A DNA stretch of 64,000 nucleotides from an uncultured Bacteroidota bacterium (GCA_963798775.1 CAWCUK010000004.1:471451-535450); one strand, 5' to 3'. Positions 1 through 10,692 are shown, counted from the stretch's first letter. The notes: generated by a model not told the origin, from the sequence alone. Numbers and translations are program-made.

Positions 1-2
1 AT

Positions 3-995
3 GTTTTTCTACAAAATAATAATTCATATCAAAATAATGATAATATATCAATATCAGGTACTGATAAATCAATAATTAAAAATAATGTTATAGCGTATGC
101 TAAAAGGTACGGAATTCAAACCGGGGCAGATGCAGTAATAGATTATAATTTATTCTGGAGAAATAATAAGATAGCAAATTCTTTAATAAAACTTGGTGAG
201 AATAATGTGTTTGCTAATCCAATGTTTCTCAACGATACCATACCTTTACCAGATGGTAATTATGATTTTCATCTACAGGCATATTCCCCGGCAATAAATG
301 CCGGCGATCCGCAGATACTTGATAAAGACGGAACAAGAAGCGACATTGGGCTGTTTGGAGGAGATTTAGGAGCGGTTTATTCTTATATGGATTTGCCTCC
401 CCGCATCCCCCAAGATATATCATATTCTATTAATACCGACTCACAAGAAATTAAATTAAATTGGCAGCAAAATACTGAAGCCGATTTTAAAAACTATATT
501 GTTTATAAAGATACTCTCTTAAATTTTACTAAAGATACTACTAATAAATTACTGGCGACCGATACAACTTATTTAAATGATTACTATTCAAATTACCCAG
601 CTAAATTTTATTATAAGATTACAGCCGTTGACAACCAGGGAAACGAAAGCCAGCCTTCGCAGGAAATTGCAGTAATTATTACAGATGTAAAAGAACCTAA
701 AATAAATATAGTAAATGATTATTTGCTTTATCAAAACTATCCTAATCCATTTAATCCCCAAACAACAATCGGGTACAGGATAAAAGAAAGAAGCTATGTT
801 AAGCTGATGGTGTATGACATATTAGGTAAATTGATAAAAATACTAGTGAATAATATTGAAGAACAAGGATATCATGAAGTGAAATTTAATGCCGAGAATT
901 TATCCAGCGGTATTTATCTTTATAGAATAGAAATTGTTGGTGAAAATAATATTCCGAAATACTCGGATATGAAAAAACTAGTCTACTTAAAATAA
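3..995 (+). CDS. T9SS-sorted secreted protein, 5'-partial (runs off the left edge of the window)
   Basis: The frame containing ORF 207..995 has no stop back to the window edge, so the gene is truncated by the window. The N-terminal part is Asn-rich and beta-helix-like, and the middle part is FN3-like. The last ~85 aa (LYQNYPNPFNPQTTIGYRI...GIYLYRIEI) fit the T9SS/Por C-terminal sorting domain pattern. Confidence 0.75.
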   Translation, partial: VFLQNNNSYQNNDNISISGTDKSIIKNNVIAYAKRYGIQTGADAVIDYNLFWRNNKIANSLIKLGENNVFANPMFLNDTIPLPDGNYDFHLQAYSPAINAGDPQILDKDGTRSDIGLFGGDLGAVYSYMDLPPRIPQDISYSINTDSQEIKLNWQQNTEADFKNYIVYKDTLLNFTKDTTNKLLATDTTYLNDYYSNYPAKFYYKITAVDNQGNESQPSQEIAVIITDVKEPKINIVNDYLLYQNYPNPFNPQTTIGYRIKERSYVKLMVYDILGKLIKILVNNIEEQGYHEVKFNAENLSSGIYLYRIEIVGENNIPKYSDMKKLVYLK

Positions 996-998
996 TTT

Positions 999-2162
999 AT
1001 GGGGTATATCATGATAAAATTTCTTTCCATCTTTTTTGGCCTATTGTTAATTACAAGCAGCAGTTACAGTCAAAGCTATTTAGACAACTTTACAGGCATA
1101 CCAATTATAACATTCGGCTGGACAACCAATGATTATTGGCTTCATGATTACGATTATAATAAAATAAAAGAAATGGGAACAGATATTTTAGTTGCACCGG
1201 ATTTACTTTATACTAAATTTGATGTTTTCCGGCTTGCAAATTTAAAGCTAATCCCATATCAAACTTCCACAACATATACCAGAGCAAACCTTATTGCAAA
1301 ATATACAGATGCTGTTTATAGTGTTTGGGAAGCGGAAAATGTTCCCATTTCTCAAGGGGAAATTCAATTGTCAAGAGATTTAACAAGAGTAGATGAAATT
1401 CAGGGTGTAGGTGTGAAAACTAAAAATAATAACCCGGGATATATTATTACTGGCCCTAATTATATTCAACCGGTTAAATATTCAATTGATGTCCCAGTTG
1501 GTGGAGATGGTTTAATTACATATCATGTTAAATTCAAATTGAAAGTAGAACCGAATGGAAGCCCAGTTCCCTTAATAAATAATACAGATAATATCTGCCG
1601 TATAGAAGTAACAAGCGGCGGAACACCTTTGGCTTCAAGCATTATCCAGGCGAAACAATTTATAAATTACGGGGCTTGGAACCAATTTGAATTAACGTAT
1701 TCTTATAATAATAATGCCTCGATGAAAACAAATCATCCCCTGCAAACTAGTTACTTGCTTAACGGTACACAAAATACCGAAATAGAAATATTTTCTAATG
1801 TAGAGTTTAAGATTTACTATTATGGTACTCCAACAAATTATTTAAACTTATATGTTGATAATATATTAGTTTATGATACAAGGGGAGAATTATTATTTAC
1901 AGATCCTATTTTTCAGGGTGATATTATTGAACAAGCAAACAATACAGATAATGTAAATAATATAACCATAAGTCAAAGCGATTTTGATAACACAGTGGTC
2001 GGCTGGTATCCTGCAGATGAAGCTTCATTTATAGACCAATGGGCATGCGTAAAAAAAATAGCCGAATTAATTAAAAATAATACAAACGGCAAAAAGCTTG
2101 TTGCATCGATTGCCGGCAACTGGAATGGTAGAGTTATAAAGAAAATGCTGCTTACTAAATAG
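999..2162 (+). CDS. Hypothetical secreted protein
   Basis: 387-aa ORF with an N-terminal signal peptide (IKFLSIFFGLLLITSSSYS|QSY). I recognise no family. A strong hairpin follows the stop. Confidence 0.6.
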   Translation: MGYIMIKFLSIFFGLLLITSSSYSQSYLDNFTGIPIITFGWTTNDYWLHDYDYNKIKEMGTDILVAPDLLYTKFDVFRLANLKLIPYQTSTTYTRANLIAKYTDAVYSVWEAENVPISQGEIQLSRDLTRVDEIQGVGVKTKNNNPGYIITGPNYIQPVKYSIDVPVGGDGLITYHVKFKLKVEPNGSPVPLINNTDNICRIEVTSGGTPLASSIIQAKQFINYGAWNQFELTYSYNNNASMKTNHPLQTSYLLNGTQNTEIEIFSNVEFKIYYYGTPTNYLNLYVDNILVYDTRGELLFTDPIFQGDIIEQANNTDNVNNITISQSDFDNTVVGWYPADEASFIDQWACVKKIAELIKNNTNGKKLVASIAGNWNGRVIKKMLLTK

Positions 2163-2187
2163 CGATTAAAGTAGTAATAAAAAACTA

Positions 2188-2220
2188 TTGGCGGCTTCGC
2201 TAAATTCCCTAAGCCGCCAA
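2188..2220. terminator. Bidirectional hairpin terminator between convergent genes
   Basis: TTGGCGGCTT (2188-2197) pairs perfectly with AAGCCGCCAA (2211-2220) across a 13-nt loop. A/T-rich tracts flank both sides. It lies between the stop at 2162 (+) and the stop at 2226 (-). Confidence 0.55.
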
Positions 2221-2225
2221 ATTAT

Positions 2226-4880
2226 TTACATATTTATCCAGTAAGTAAATTTTGCTAAAAATACATTATCCGCTTCCGAGTTCCATAAATTTCTAAAATC
2301 CCTTGAGAGAGATAATTCACCGGGATTATCTGTGTTAACTTGCCCGTGAGTCCAAACCAAAAAGAAAACAGAGCCTGGTAAAAATTCCCATCTTAAAACA
2401 ATATTTCCTCTTAATGATTTAAAGTTAAAATCCGGATTAGAAAAAGTTAAATTACTTGCCGGTCCGTTTCCGTCCGGATCTAGACTGTATTCTTCATTCT
2501 CATTATCATATTTTACTGTTGAATTATTTGGCGTATATAATCTTGTGTTATATGTTCCCGGTGCGGATAATTCTTTGTAATTTGTGTATTTTCCAACTGA
2601 AAATAAGGGCTGAAGATATAGCTGAAGGCTTAGTGTCGGAGTAAAAGTCCAATTCATCCTTATACTTCCGCCGATGGTTTCCTGGTTTAATTCCGCGAAA
2701 ACATACCTGTTTCCATAAGTATTTACTGCCGTTGGATCTTCAAAATTTCCCACCCACTGCATTTTTTCGTCCATAGCTTCGTAAAAAGGTCCGAAGCTGA
2801 AATTTATTTGACTGCTCGGTTTCCATTTTATATCAATTCCATAATTATACGCGGTTCCGTTTAAGTGATCCCATGTATTTCCGCCGTAAAACTCGCCGAC
2901 TATTTTTTCTCTGTCATCAGAATAAACATCGTAATTAATTGAAGCGCCGCCCGGTGTTTTAGCCATAGGGCCGCCTCTTGTTAATCGGTTTGAATATGCT
3001 TCGGGAAAATAACCGCCTTGGAAATTTATTCCCCAATAATTAAGTAACTGTAGATTAGTGAAAACCATTTCTCCTTGTGCTATATTTTTACCCTCAAAAT
3101 TGTAATTCCGGTAATGCGCTATGTTTACCGATTTATTTCTGAAGATTTTATCCGGCTCATACCACCTATATCCTAAAACTAAATGTGAATTAATAACATC
3201 CGCTCTCCATTGAAATCCTAAATCATTCACTTCGTATCCGGGCGAAACAATTGCAAGTGCGGAATTTATATAGAAATTTCCTTTTTGTTTATTTAAAGTT
3301 ATTCTTCCTACATAACCGGAAAGGGAAGTGCGGTTTGTATCAAGAGTAGCGTAAGTCGCGTCCGGGCGCTGGTAATACCGTAATGGTGCTTCTTGTAGGT
3401 CTGTAATATATTTTTTATTTCCATGTACATAAGACCCTGAAACATATCCGGTTAACACATAAGTTTCGTCGTCATCTAGTGTTATCCAACCGTCCATACC
3501 GTAAACAAAGGATCTATCAGAAAGCTGTGTTGATAGATTTGGATTATTTATATCACGTAAAGTTGTATTGGCTATTATCCCTAATCCTTCTTTTCCTTCG
3601 TTGAATTCTTTCTGGGTGCGCACTACACCGTAATATGTTAATGGTTCAACGGTTTCTTTTATAATGTTACCGCTGTCGTATATTCTTCCGAATGTTCTTT
3701 CTGTTACTGCCGTTAATGCTCCTATTGACCAGTTATTATTTGTTTTGCCTGTTATTTTGGCGGCGCCTAATATTCTGGTTTCATTCGGTACGTCCGTATA
3801 TTCTCCGTCAACTGATCCGTGCGGTGATCTTCCGATTCTTCTCGAATAGAATATTTCCGGATTCCCCCAGTTAAAACCCCAGTTATTGTTTGAGCCGCCG
3901 TAGCCGAATGAAAAGATGTTGCTTCCTTCAATAAAGAATGGCCGCTTTTCATCATAGTAAGTTTCGAAGGCGCTTAAATTTACTACCGCCGGGTCAACTT
4001 CAACTTGCCCGAAATCGGGATTGATTGTTCCGTCTAATGTAAGATTGCTTCCCAAGCCGATCTTTAAATCAGCTCCTAAGGTAGTTTTGTATTGATTACT
4101 TTTATAAAAAGGATCGTTTTCGTCGTGTACTAAATATTGTGCTTTTTGTACCAGGTAAGGTAAAATTTCAATTCTTTGTTTTGGTTTAATTCCGTTTAAT
4201 CCTTCTAATGTTGCGAAATGAGAAACAAATCCGCTTTCATTTTTAGGAATCATTATAAAATAATCTGATTCATTTTTTCTCTGAATAACTCGTGAAAAAT
4301 TAATCCCCCATTTCATATTCTTTGATTCGTTAAAACGTAATTGTGTAAAGGGAATTTCTATTTCTACGCTCCAGCCGTCATCACTTTTCTGTACTGAATA
4401 ATCCCATATCCCGTTCCAAGAATTGTCATCCCAGCTGTCATTGTACATTATTCCGTCTTTAATAGAACCGGCGGGATTTACACAAAAATAGTAACCGCTC
4501 CTGCGATCGTAATGAGGATCTAAAAATAGTTTAAACCAATCGGATTGATTATCATCGTCGCGCCTTGTTAATTGTCCTTCAATTAAATCAGCGTTATCAT
4601 CATAAAGTTTTGCGGAAACGAAAATAGCGTTCTCATTATAACTTATCCACACTTTTGTAGATTCCGAGGGTCTTCCTCCCTCAATGGGATCTTTTTGCGT
4701 AAAACTGCTTATCGCGGCATTAGAGTATACCGATTCGTTTAGTTTTCCGTCAATGGTAAGCGGCGTTTCTAATTTATAGGCTGTTATATAAGTACTTTCA
4801 CCGATTTTCTTCCCCTTTGCTGATAATGTGCTGACGCAGAAGCAAAAAATTATCGCAATAAAAAGTTTAATTATTTTCAT
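2226..4880 (-). CDS. Large secreted/outer-membrane protein, CBM9-like N-terminal domain plus DUF5916-like region
   Basis: 884-aa ORF with a signal peptide (FCFCVSTLSA|KGK). The N-terminal pattern (DGKLNESVY...F.QKDP.EG.P.SE.T.VWISYN..A...) and the long aromatic/Gly-rich beta-strand-like C-terminus resemble the carbohydrate-binding family 9 / DUF5916 architecture. Family assignment is from memory. Confidence 0.6.
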   Translation of the reverse strand: MKIIKLFIAIIFCFCVSTLSAKGKKIGESTYITAYKLETPLTIDGKLNESVYSNAAISSFTQKDPIEGGRPSESTKVWISYNENAIFVSAKLYDDNADLIEGQLTRRDDDNQSDWFKLFLDPHYDRRSGYYFCVNPAGSIKDGIMYNDSWDDNSWNGIWDYSVQKSDDGWSVEIEIPFTQLRFNESKNMKWGINFSRVIQRKNESDYFIMIPKNESGFVSHFATLEGLNGIKPKQRIEILPYLVQKAQYLVHDENDPFYKSNQYKTTLGADLKIGLGSNLTLDGTINPDFGQVEVDPAVVNLSAFETYYDEKRPFFIEGSNIFSFGYGGSNNNWGFNWGNPEIFYSRRIGRSPHGSVDGEYTDVPNETRILGAAKITGKTNNNWSIGALTAVTERTFGRIYDSGNIIKETVEPLTYYGVVRTQKEFNEGKEGLGIIANTTLRDINNPNLSTQLSDRSFVYGMDGWITLDDDETYVLTGYVSGSYVHGNKKYITDLQEAPLRYYQRPDATYATLDTNRTSLSGYVGRITLNKQKGNFYINSALAIVSPGYEVNDLGFQWRADVINSHLVLGYRWYEPDKIFRNKSVNIAHYRNYNFEGKNIAQGEMVFTNLQLLNYWGINFQGGYFPEAYSNRLTRGGPMAKTPGGASINYDVYSDDREKIVGEFYGGNTWDHLNGTAYNYGIDIKWKPSSQINFSFGPFYEAMDEKMQWVGNFEDPTAVNTYGNRYVFAELNQETIGGSIRMNWTFTPTLSLQLYLQPLFSVGKYTNYKELSAPGTYNTRLYTPNNSTVKYDNENEEYSLDPDGNGPASNLTFSNPDFNFKSLRGNIVLRWEFLPGSVFFLVWTHGQVNTDNPGELSLSRDFRNLWNSEADNVFLAKFTYWINM

Positions 4881-5091
4881 ATTTTCCCTTTATCATTTTT
4901 TCTTCTTTTGACTCTAAATTTCGTGAAAAGGTTGGTGTTTCGGGAATTTTTAATTTATTTATTCTACCATCTATATATTTTATTCACCGTTTAATTAATC
5001 TGTGATAAATAATAATGCGGCTAGGATATCTGTGCCTCCAAAATTTATAAATCTAGTTGTAAATAGATGTTTGCGTGATTATATTTTTATT

Positions 5092-5598
5092 ATGAAAAAT
5101 CTTTTAATCTTAGTTGTTACAACCGTACTTTTTTTAGCAGGGTGCGGAAAGGGAATTGAACCGTCTGCTCCGGAAACCGAAATGCCCGGCTTTAGCGGCA
5201 AAATTACATTTAAAGGAACTTGGCCGGCAGGTATAACAAGGACTCATATTGTAGTTTTTAAAAATCCGTTAATTTCCGCTGCTGATTTTAATGCTTTTAA
5301 TATTAAATATGTAAGTCCGGCAATTCCGTATGGAGTAAATTCTTATAATTATAATTCAGTAGATTCAGCGCTTATATCTATAGGTCCCGGAGAATATAAT
5401 TACGTCGCGGTCGCGCAGTCGAAAACCGAAACACTTAGTTTAACTCGTGCGGATTGGACTGTTGCTGGTGTTTATTATGCCGCCGGAGATACTTCAACTC
5501 CGGGGAAACTTTTGATAAATCAAAATAAGCTTACTACCGGTATAGATATTATTTGCGATTTTGATAATCCGCCGTCTCAGCCACCCGGAGGCAATTAA
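5092..5598 (+). CDS. Hypothetical lipoprotein
   Basis: The internal Met at 5092 starts a lipoprotein signal (MKNLLILVVTTVLFLAGC|GKG). The 30 aa upstream in the ORF track look non-native. The gene sits 48 nt upstream of a TonB-dependent receptor. Confidence 0.6.
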   Translation: MKNLLILVVTTVLFLAGCGKGIEPSAPETEMPGFSGKITFKGTWPAGITRTHIVVFKNPLISAADFNAFNIKYVSPAIPYGVNSYNYNSVDSALISIGPGEYNYVAVAQSKTETLSLTRADWTVAGVYYAAGDTSTPGKLLINQNKLTTGIDIICDFDNPPSQPPGGN

Positions 5599-5645
5599 TT
5601 TTTTCTTCTCTAAGTTTGCGACATAAATAATTTTAAAAGTTTGAA

Positions 5646-7814
5646 ATGAAAAAATTTATTCCATTAATATTTTTATCCTTTTTCCTGCAATTTAGTTTCG
5701 CGCAGAATTTTTCTATTAAAGGAACAGTAAAAGATGTTGAAGGGAATCCTTTAATAGGGGCCAATGTTATTTTAATGGAAACAAATTTTGGAGCGGCGAC
5801 GGATTTAAACGGCCGGTACAATATCAATAATTTGAAACCGGGAAGATATACAGTTGAATTTTCTATGGTTGGTTTTGAAAGAAGAACTTTTCCTAATATT
5901 ATTATAAATAATTCCTCTGTTGAAGTTGACGCGCTTCTCCAGCAAAAAGTAATTGAATCAGAACAAGTAATTATAACAGCCGGAAAATATGAACAAAAAA
6001 AACGCGAATTGACTGTAAGCGCGGATGTTATTCCCGCCGATGAATTAGATAAGAAAAATTATACTAATCTTAAAGACGCTCTTCAATTTGTGCCAGGTGT
6101 TAATATGGTTGAAGATCAAGTTAGTATTCGCGGGTCTAGCGGCTACAGCAGAGGCGCGGGTACACGTGTTCTTGTAGCGATTGACGGAATTCCTTTTTAT
6201 ACCGGCGATACAGGTGAAATTATTTGGGAGATTCTTCCCGTTAATGAAATTCAAAAGGTTGAGGTTATTAAAGGTGCCGCCAGCTCTCTTTACGGTTCTT
6301 CCGCGCTTGGCGGGGTTATTAATATAATTACTAAAGGAATTTCTCAACAGCCCCAGACTTATGTTAAACTCTTAGGCGGCGCTTATGATAAGCCCGCTTA
6401 TTCACAATGGGAATGGACAAATTCTTTGCGCGCGTTTAATTCGCAAACTATTTCTCATTCTAACAGAATAAATAAGTTAGGTTTTACAATTTCATTAACA
6501 AGAATCGCTAATTCCGGCTATAAATTTAATGGTGATTATAATCGTTTTATCGGGTATTTTAAAGGAATTTATAATTTTTCACCGACTTCATCTTTAACTC
6601 TTTTTGCTAATACTTTAAACCAAAGAAGCGGATATTTTATTTATTGGAAAGATTCGCGTAATGCCTTAGTTCCGCCTGACGGTGATAGAAATAGGGAAGT
6701 AAAAGCTAATCGATATATGGGCGGTCTCCTCTTTAAAAATGTTTTGGCGGATAATCTTCTTTTAAATGTTAGATCCAGTTATTACAGGACTAACTGGAAC
6801 GATCAATCAACTTCCGAAAATATTTCTACCGCTGATTTATTCAGAACCGAAATTCAGACAAATTATGATTTTTCCGATAACTTAATTTTAGTATCCGGAA
6901 TTGAAGGAACCGCCGCTAAAGTTAATTCAAATATTTTCGGAAATCCTTCCGCGTTTGGTTTTGGCATTTATTCACAAGCCGATTTTAAATTCAGCTTTCC
7001 GTTAAAAATTTCGGGAGGTTTCCGTTACGATTTTAGCAAACTTGATTCCCTTAAAGCGGCCGGAGCTTTTTCTCCCAAAATCGGGTTGAATTATCAGGTA
7101 AATCAAAAGCTTTCATTCCGGGCTAATATCGGCGCGGGTTTTAGAGCTCCTTCATTAGCTGAAGCTTTTACTTCTACTACGGCAAGCGGACTTACGGTTA
7201 AGCCTAATCCTAATTTGAAACCGGAATCAAATATAAGCGCTGAAGTAGGAATAAATTATCAGCCCGATAAAATATTTCAATTTGACGCCGCCTTATTTCA
7301 AAATGAATTTTATGATTTTATCGAGCCCGGTATTGATCCTAAAGATGGAAAGGCTTTTTTCGAAAATGTGACAAGGGCGCGAATTCAAGGTTTTGAGGTA
7401 AATACCAATTATAATCTGTTTTCCGATAAATTAATTTTATCTTTAAATTATACTTATTTGTGGGCCAGAGATATTCAAACTAATACTCCGCTAAAATATC
7501 GTCCTCGTCATCAGGCGACTGCGGGTTTGTCTTATAATTTTTCTAATTTTGAAATAGGTAGTTCTTTTAGATACGCGAGCAAAGTTGAAAAAATGGATTT
7601 TGAACTTGCCGATTTAGGAATAATTAAAGATGGCAGAAATTACGCTGATGTATATCTGCTCGATCTAAACGCTAGTTTTAATCTTTTACCGGCCGGATTT
7701 CCCGCTAAATTAAATTTTAACGCGAATAATGTTTTAAATTATAATTATGTGGAACTTATAGCCAATCTAGCTCCTATTAGGAACTATTCTTTAAGTGTTG
7801 AATTTTTATTATAA
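5646..7814 (+). CDS. TonB-dependent receptor with N-terminal carboxypeptidase-regulatory-like domain
   Basis: Signal peptide (SFA|QNF). CarbopepD_reg-like segment (IKGTVKDVEGNPLIGANVIL...TDLNGRYNI). Plug motifs (VSIRGSSG, IDGIP, IEVIKGAASSLYGSSALGGVINIITK). Beta-barrel ending in an aromatic-rich C-terminus. Confidence 0.85.
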   Translation: MKKFIPLIFLSFFLQFSFAQNFSIKGTVKDVEGNPLIGANVILMETNFGAATDLNGRYNINNLKPGRYTVEFSMVGFERRTFPNIIINNSSVEVDALLQQKVIESEQVIITAGKYEQKKRELTVSADVIPADELDKKNYTNLKDALQFVPGVNMVEDQVSIRGSSGYSRGAGTRVLVAIDGIPFYTGDTGEIIWEILPVNEIQKVEVIKGAASSLYGSSALGGVINIITKGISQQPQTYVKLLGGAYDKPAYSQWEWTNSLRAFNSQTISHSNRINKLGFTISLTRIANSGYKFNGDYNRFIGYFKGIYNFSPTSSLTLFANTLNQRSGYFIYWKDSRNALVPPDGDRNREVKANRYMGGLLFKNVLADNLLLNVRSSYYRTNWNDQSTSENISTADLFRTEIQTNYDFSDNLILVSGIEGTAAKVNSNIFGNPSAFGFGIYSQADFKFSFPLKISGGFRYDFSKLDSLKAAGAFSPKIGLNYQVNQKLSFRANIGAGFRAPSLAEAFTSTTASGLTVKPNPNLKPESNISAEVGINYQPDKIFQFDAALFQNEFYDFIEPGIDPKDGKAFFENVTRARIQGFEVNTNYNLFSDKLILSLNYTYLWARDIQTNTPLKYRPRHQATAGLSYNFSNFEIGSSFRYASKVEKMDFELADLGIIKDGRNYADVYLLDLNASFNLLPAGFPAKLNFNANNVLNYNYVELIANLAPIRNYSLSVEFLL

Positions 7815-7867
7815 CTATTAAATGTTTGATTTTTCTTTTTTAATATTGATGGGGAAAGGTAATTATT

Positions 7868-9230
7868 ATGTTTGTTGATACACACGCGCATTTGTTTTAT
7901 CCTAATTTTAACGGAGAAACGGATGAAGTATTAAATCGCGCTAAAGAAGCCGGAATGGATTTTATTTTAGTTCCCGCCACCGATATTGAAACAGCTCGTA
8001 AAGTTATTGAGCTTTGTGAAAAATATGATTTTATTTATGGCGCTGTCGGTGTTCATCCGCATGAGACAAAAGAGTGGAATGAAGATCAGCTTAAAGAAAT
8101 TGAAAATTTTGCCGCTCATCCAAAAATAGTCGCAATCGGTGAAATCGGACTCGATTATTATTATGATTTTTCACCTAAAGAAAAACAGATTGAAGCATTT
8201 CAAAGCTCAGATTGATCTTGCGCTGAAACTTGACTGCCGATTATTGTGCATAATCGAGAATCCGATGAAGATATGATGGAAATAATTAAATCATATCGCC
8301 GGTTCCGGATTAAAGGCTCAATTCCATTGCTTTGGCGGTACAATAGAACAAGCGAGAGAGTTAATAGCGATGCATCATTTTATTTCTTTTACCGGTAATA
8401 TAACTTTTAAAAAAGCGGATAATTTAAGGAATACTCTCTCAAATATTACTTTAGAACATCTGATGCTGGAAACTGATTCTCCTTTTATGACTCCCGAACC
8501 TTTCAGAGGAAAAAGAAATGAGCCTGCTCATGTGAAATTTGTTGCCGAAAAAATTGCCGAAGTAAAAGGCCTTGATGTTGAGGATATTGCGCGGGTTACT
8601 TCTTATAACGCTTTCAGAATGTTCGGAGTGGGGAGTAAACCAAATACTAGTTATACTTATAAAATTGGAAAATCTCTTTATATAAATGTTACAAATAGGT
8701 GCAACGCTAATTGTGTTTTTTGCGACCGTAAAGGAGATTCCGTTGTCAGTGGTTATAATCTAAAATTAAGTCATACCGAAGAACCTTCAGCTGAGGTTTA
8801 TATTAAGGAAATAGGCGATCCGAAAAATTATAAGGAAATTGTTTTCTGCGGTTTCGGCGAACCTACAATTAGATGGAGCACCGTGAAAGAAGTTGCCAAA
8901 TATGTTAAAAGAGAAGGCGGCAAAACTAGATTAAATACTAACGGACACGGGAGCTATATAAATCATAGGGATATAACTCCCGAGATGAAAAATACGATTG
9001 ATGAAGTATCAATAAGTTTAAATTCCGCTAATCCCCGCCAATACAGCAAAATTATGCAAGTAGAGGAACGTATGTTTAATGAAGTGGTTCAGTTTGCTAA
9101 AAACGCTAAGGCTTATGTTGATAAAGTTATTATGTCAGTTGTTGAATTTGACGCTGTTGAAATTGAAAAAGCCCGAAAAGTTGTTGAAGATAAAATCGGC
9201 GCGGAATTTAGAGTGCGTGAATATTTTTAA
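7868..9230 (+). pseudogene. TatD-family metal-dependent hydrolase fused to a TatD-associated radical SAM domain; frame interrupted three times near 8200-8300
   Basis: The N-terminus is MFVDTHAHL...GEIGLDYYY (TatD). The middle of TatD is readable only by switching frames near 8201-8205, 8233-8236 and 8297-8301: AQIDLALKLD / LPIIVHNRESDEDMMEIIKSY / AGSGLKAQFHCFGGTIEQARELIAMHHF. ORF 8370..9230 continues with the TatD C-terminus (LETDSPFMTP), then a radical SAM core (NVTNRCNANCVFC = CxxxCxxC, GFGEPT). Confidence 0.8.
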
Positions 9231-9267
9231 TTAAAATTTTATTCTTTCTTAAAACGGAAAATTACGG

Positions 9268-10692
9268 ATGCTATACAGAATATTTCTTCTTTGCCTGTTT
9301 TTGTTGGGAAATATTTATTCACAAGAACAAAAATCAGAGTTAGCCGATAAAATAAATAATTTATACAAGGATGAATTTTTTAATTCTACTTTAATGGCGG
9401 TTGATGTTTATGATTTATCCGCTAATAAAAGCTTATATAAAAAAAATGAAAAGATGCTGTTGAAACCGGCGTCTAATATGAAAATTCTTACCACTTCCGC
9501 CGGGTTAAAGTTTTTAGGCCCCGATTATAAATTTACCACTTCGGTTTATTATACAGGACAAATAGTAAATAAAACTTTATACGGCGATTTATATTTTGTC
9601 GGCGGCGCGGATCCCGATTTTACTACCGCTGATCTTGATACTTTAATTTCCTTTATTAAATCAACTGGTATTTCTGAAGTAACCGGGAATCTTTACGGCG
9701 ATATTTCAATGCTTGATTCTCTTTTCTGGGGAAACGGCTGGATGTGGGATGATGATCCATCAACCGACGCTCCTTATTTAACGCCGCTTACTATTAACAA
9801 TAATGCGATTGGTGTAGCTGTTAAAGCCGCTGATGTAGGGAAACCGGCTGATGTCGAAATAATTCCTAATACCGATTTTGTAAAAGTGCTGAATGAAACC
9901 GAAACTGTTCAAGCTGTTCAAAATAATTATTATAAAGTCGACCGTGATTGGCTGAATAGAAATAATCTTATTATTGTGGAAGGCAATATCAGTTCTGCGG
10001 ATACGATTCCGGATACTTCTTATGTAAATGTTTTTCGCCCGGAACTATATTTTTTATCGCTTGCCGAAGAAGAATTTGCTAAATCGGGAATTAAAATTGA
10101 CGGAGATAAAATATTTAAAACTCTGCCGAAAAACGCTGTTCATTTGTCCTCATTTGAAAGACGTTTCGACAGTGTAATTGTTAACCTAAATAAAACCAGC
10201 GATAATTTAAGCGCGGAATTAACTTTGCGAGCGCTCGCGGTTAAAAATAAAGGAATTCCCGCCACAGCTCAACATGGTATTCAGCTTGTGGACAGTTTAT
10301 TAATTTTAGCCGGCTTAAATCCTTCAGATTATCGTATTGTGGACGGCTCGGGAGTTTCACATTATAATCTTATTACGAATGAAGTTTTATTATCCGTATT
10401 AAATTATATGTATTATTACAACCGTGAATTGTTTACGATTTTATACCACTCATTCCCGGTTGCCGGCGTTGACGGGACTCTAAAATTTAGAATGAAAAAT
10501 ACTCCCTCCGAAAATAATGTGCACGCGAAAACCGGGACTTTAAGCGGGGTAAGCTCTCTCTCAGGATATGTTACCGCGAAAAACGGTGATCTTTTGTCCT
10601 TCTCAATTTTAGTTCAAAATTATGTCGGAAGCTCGATAACAGCTAGAAATTATCAAAATAAAATCTGCGAAATTTTAGCCGGTTATGAATAA
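9268..10692 (+). CDS. dacB: D-alanyl-D-alanine carboxypeptidase/endopeptidase, PBP4 family (peptidase S13)
   Basis: Signal peptide (IYS|QEQ). SxxK active site in PASNMKILTT, SGxS (DGSGVS) and KTG box (HAKTGTLSGVSSLSGY). Length (474 aa) is typical of PBP4. Confidence 0.85.
   Translation: MLYRIFLLCLFLLGNIYSQEQKSELADKINNLYKDEFFNSTLMAVDVYDLSANKSLYKKNEKMLLKPASNMKILTTSAGLKFLGPDYKFTTSVYYTGQIVNKTLYGDLYFVGGADPDFTTADLDTLISFIKSTGISEVTGNLYGDISMLDSLFWGNGWMWDDDPSTDAPYLTPLTINNNAIGVAVKAADVGKPADVEIIPNTDFVKVLNETETVQAVQNNYYKVDRDWLNRNNLIIVEGNISSADTIPDTSYVNVFRPELYFLSLAEEEFAKSGIKIDGDKIFKTLPKNAVHLSSFERRFDSVIVNLNKTSDNLSAELTLRALAVKNKGIPATAQHGIQLVDSLLILAGLNPSDYRIVDGSGVSHYNLITNEVLLSVLNYMYYYNRELFTILYHSFPVAGVDGTLKFRMKNTPSENNVHAKTGTLSGVSSLSGYVTAKNGDLLSFSILVQNYVGSSITARNYQNKICEILAGYE

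Noticed and set aside
4881-5091. Riboswitch (e.g. cobalamin) ahead of the lipoprotein / TonB-dependent receptor pair
   Set aside because: No conserved B12-box-like or other riboswitch core motif is visible, and the region is plain AT-rich spacer.
8216-8369. Apparent intergenic gap between two separate ORFs (115 aa and 286 aa)
   Set aside because: The gap encodes the conserved middle of TatD when read across frame switches, so it is one gene, not two.
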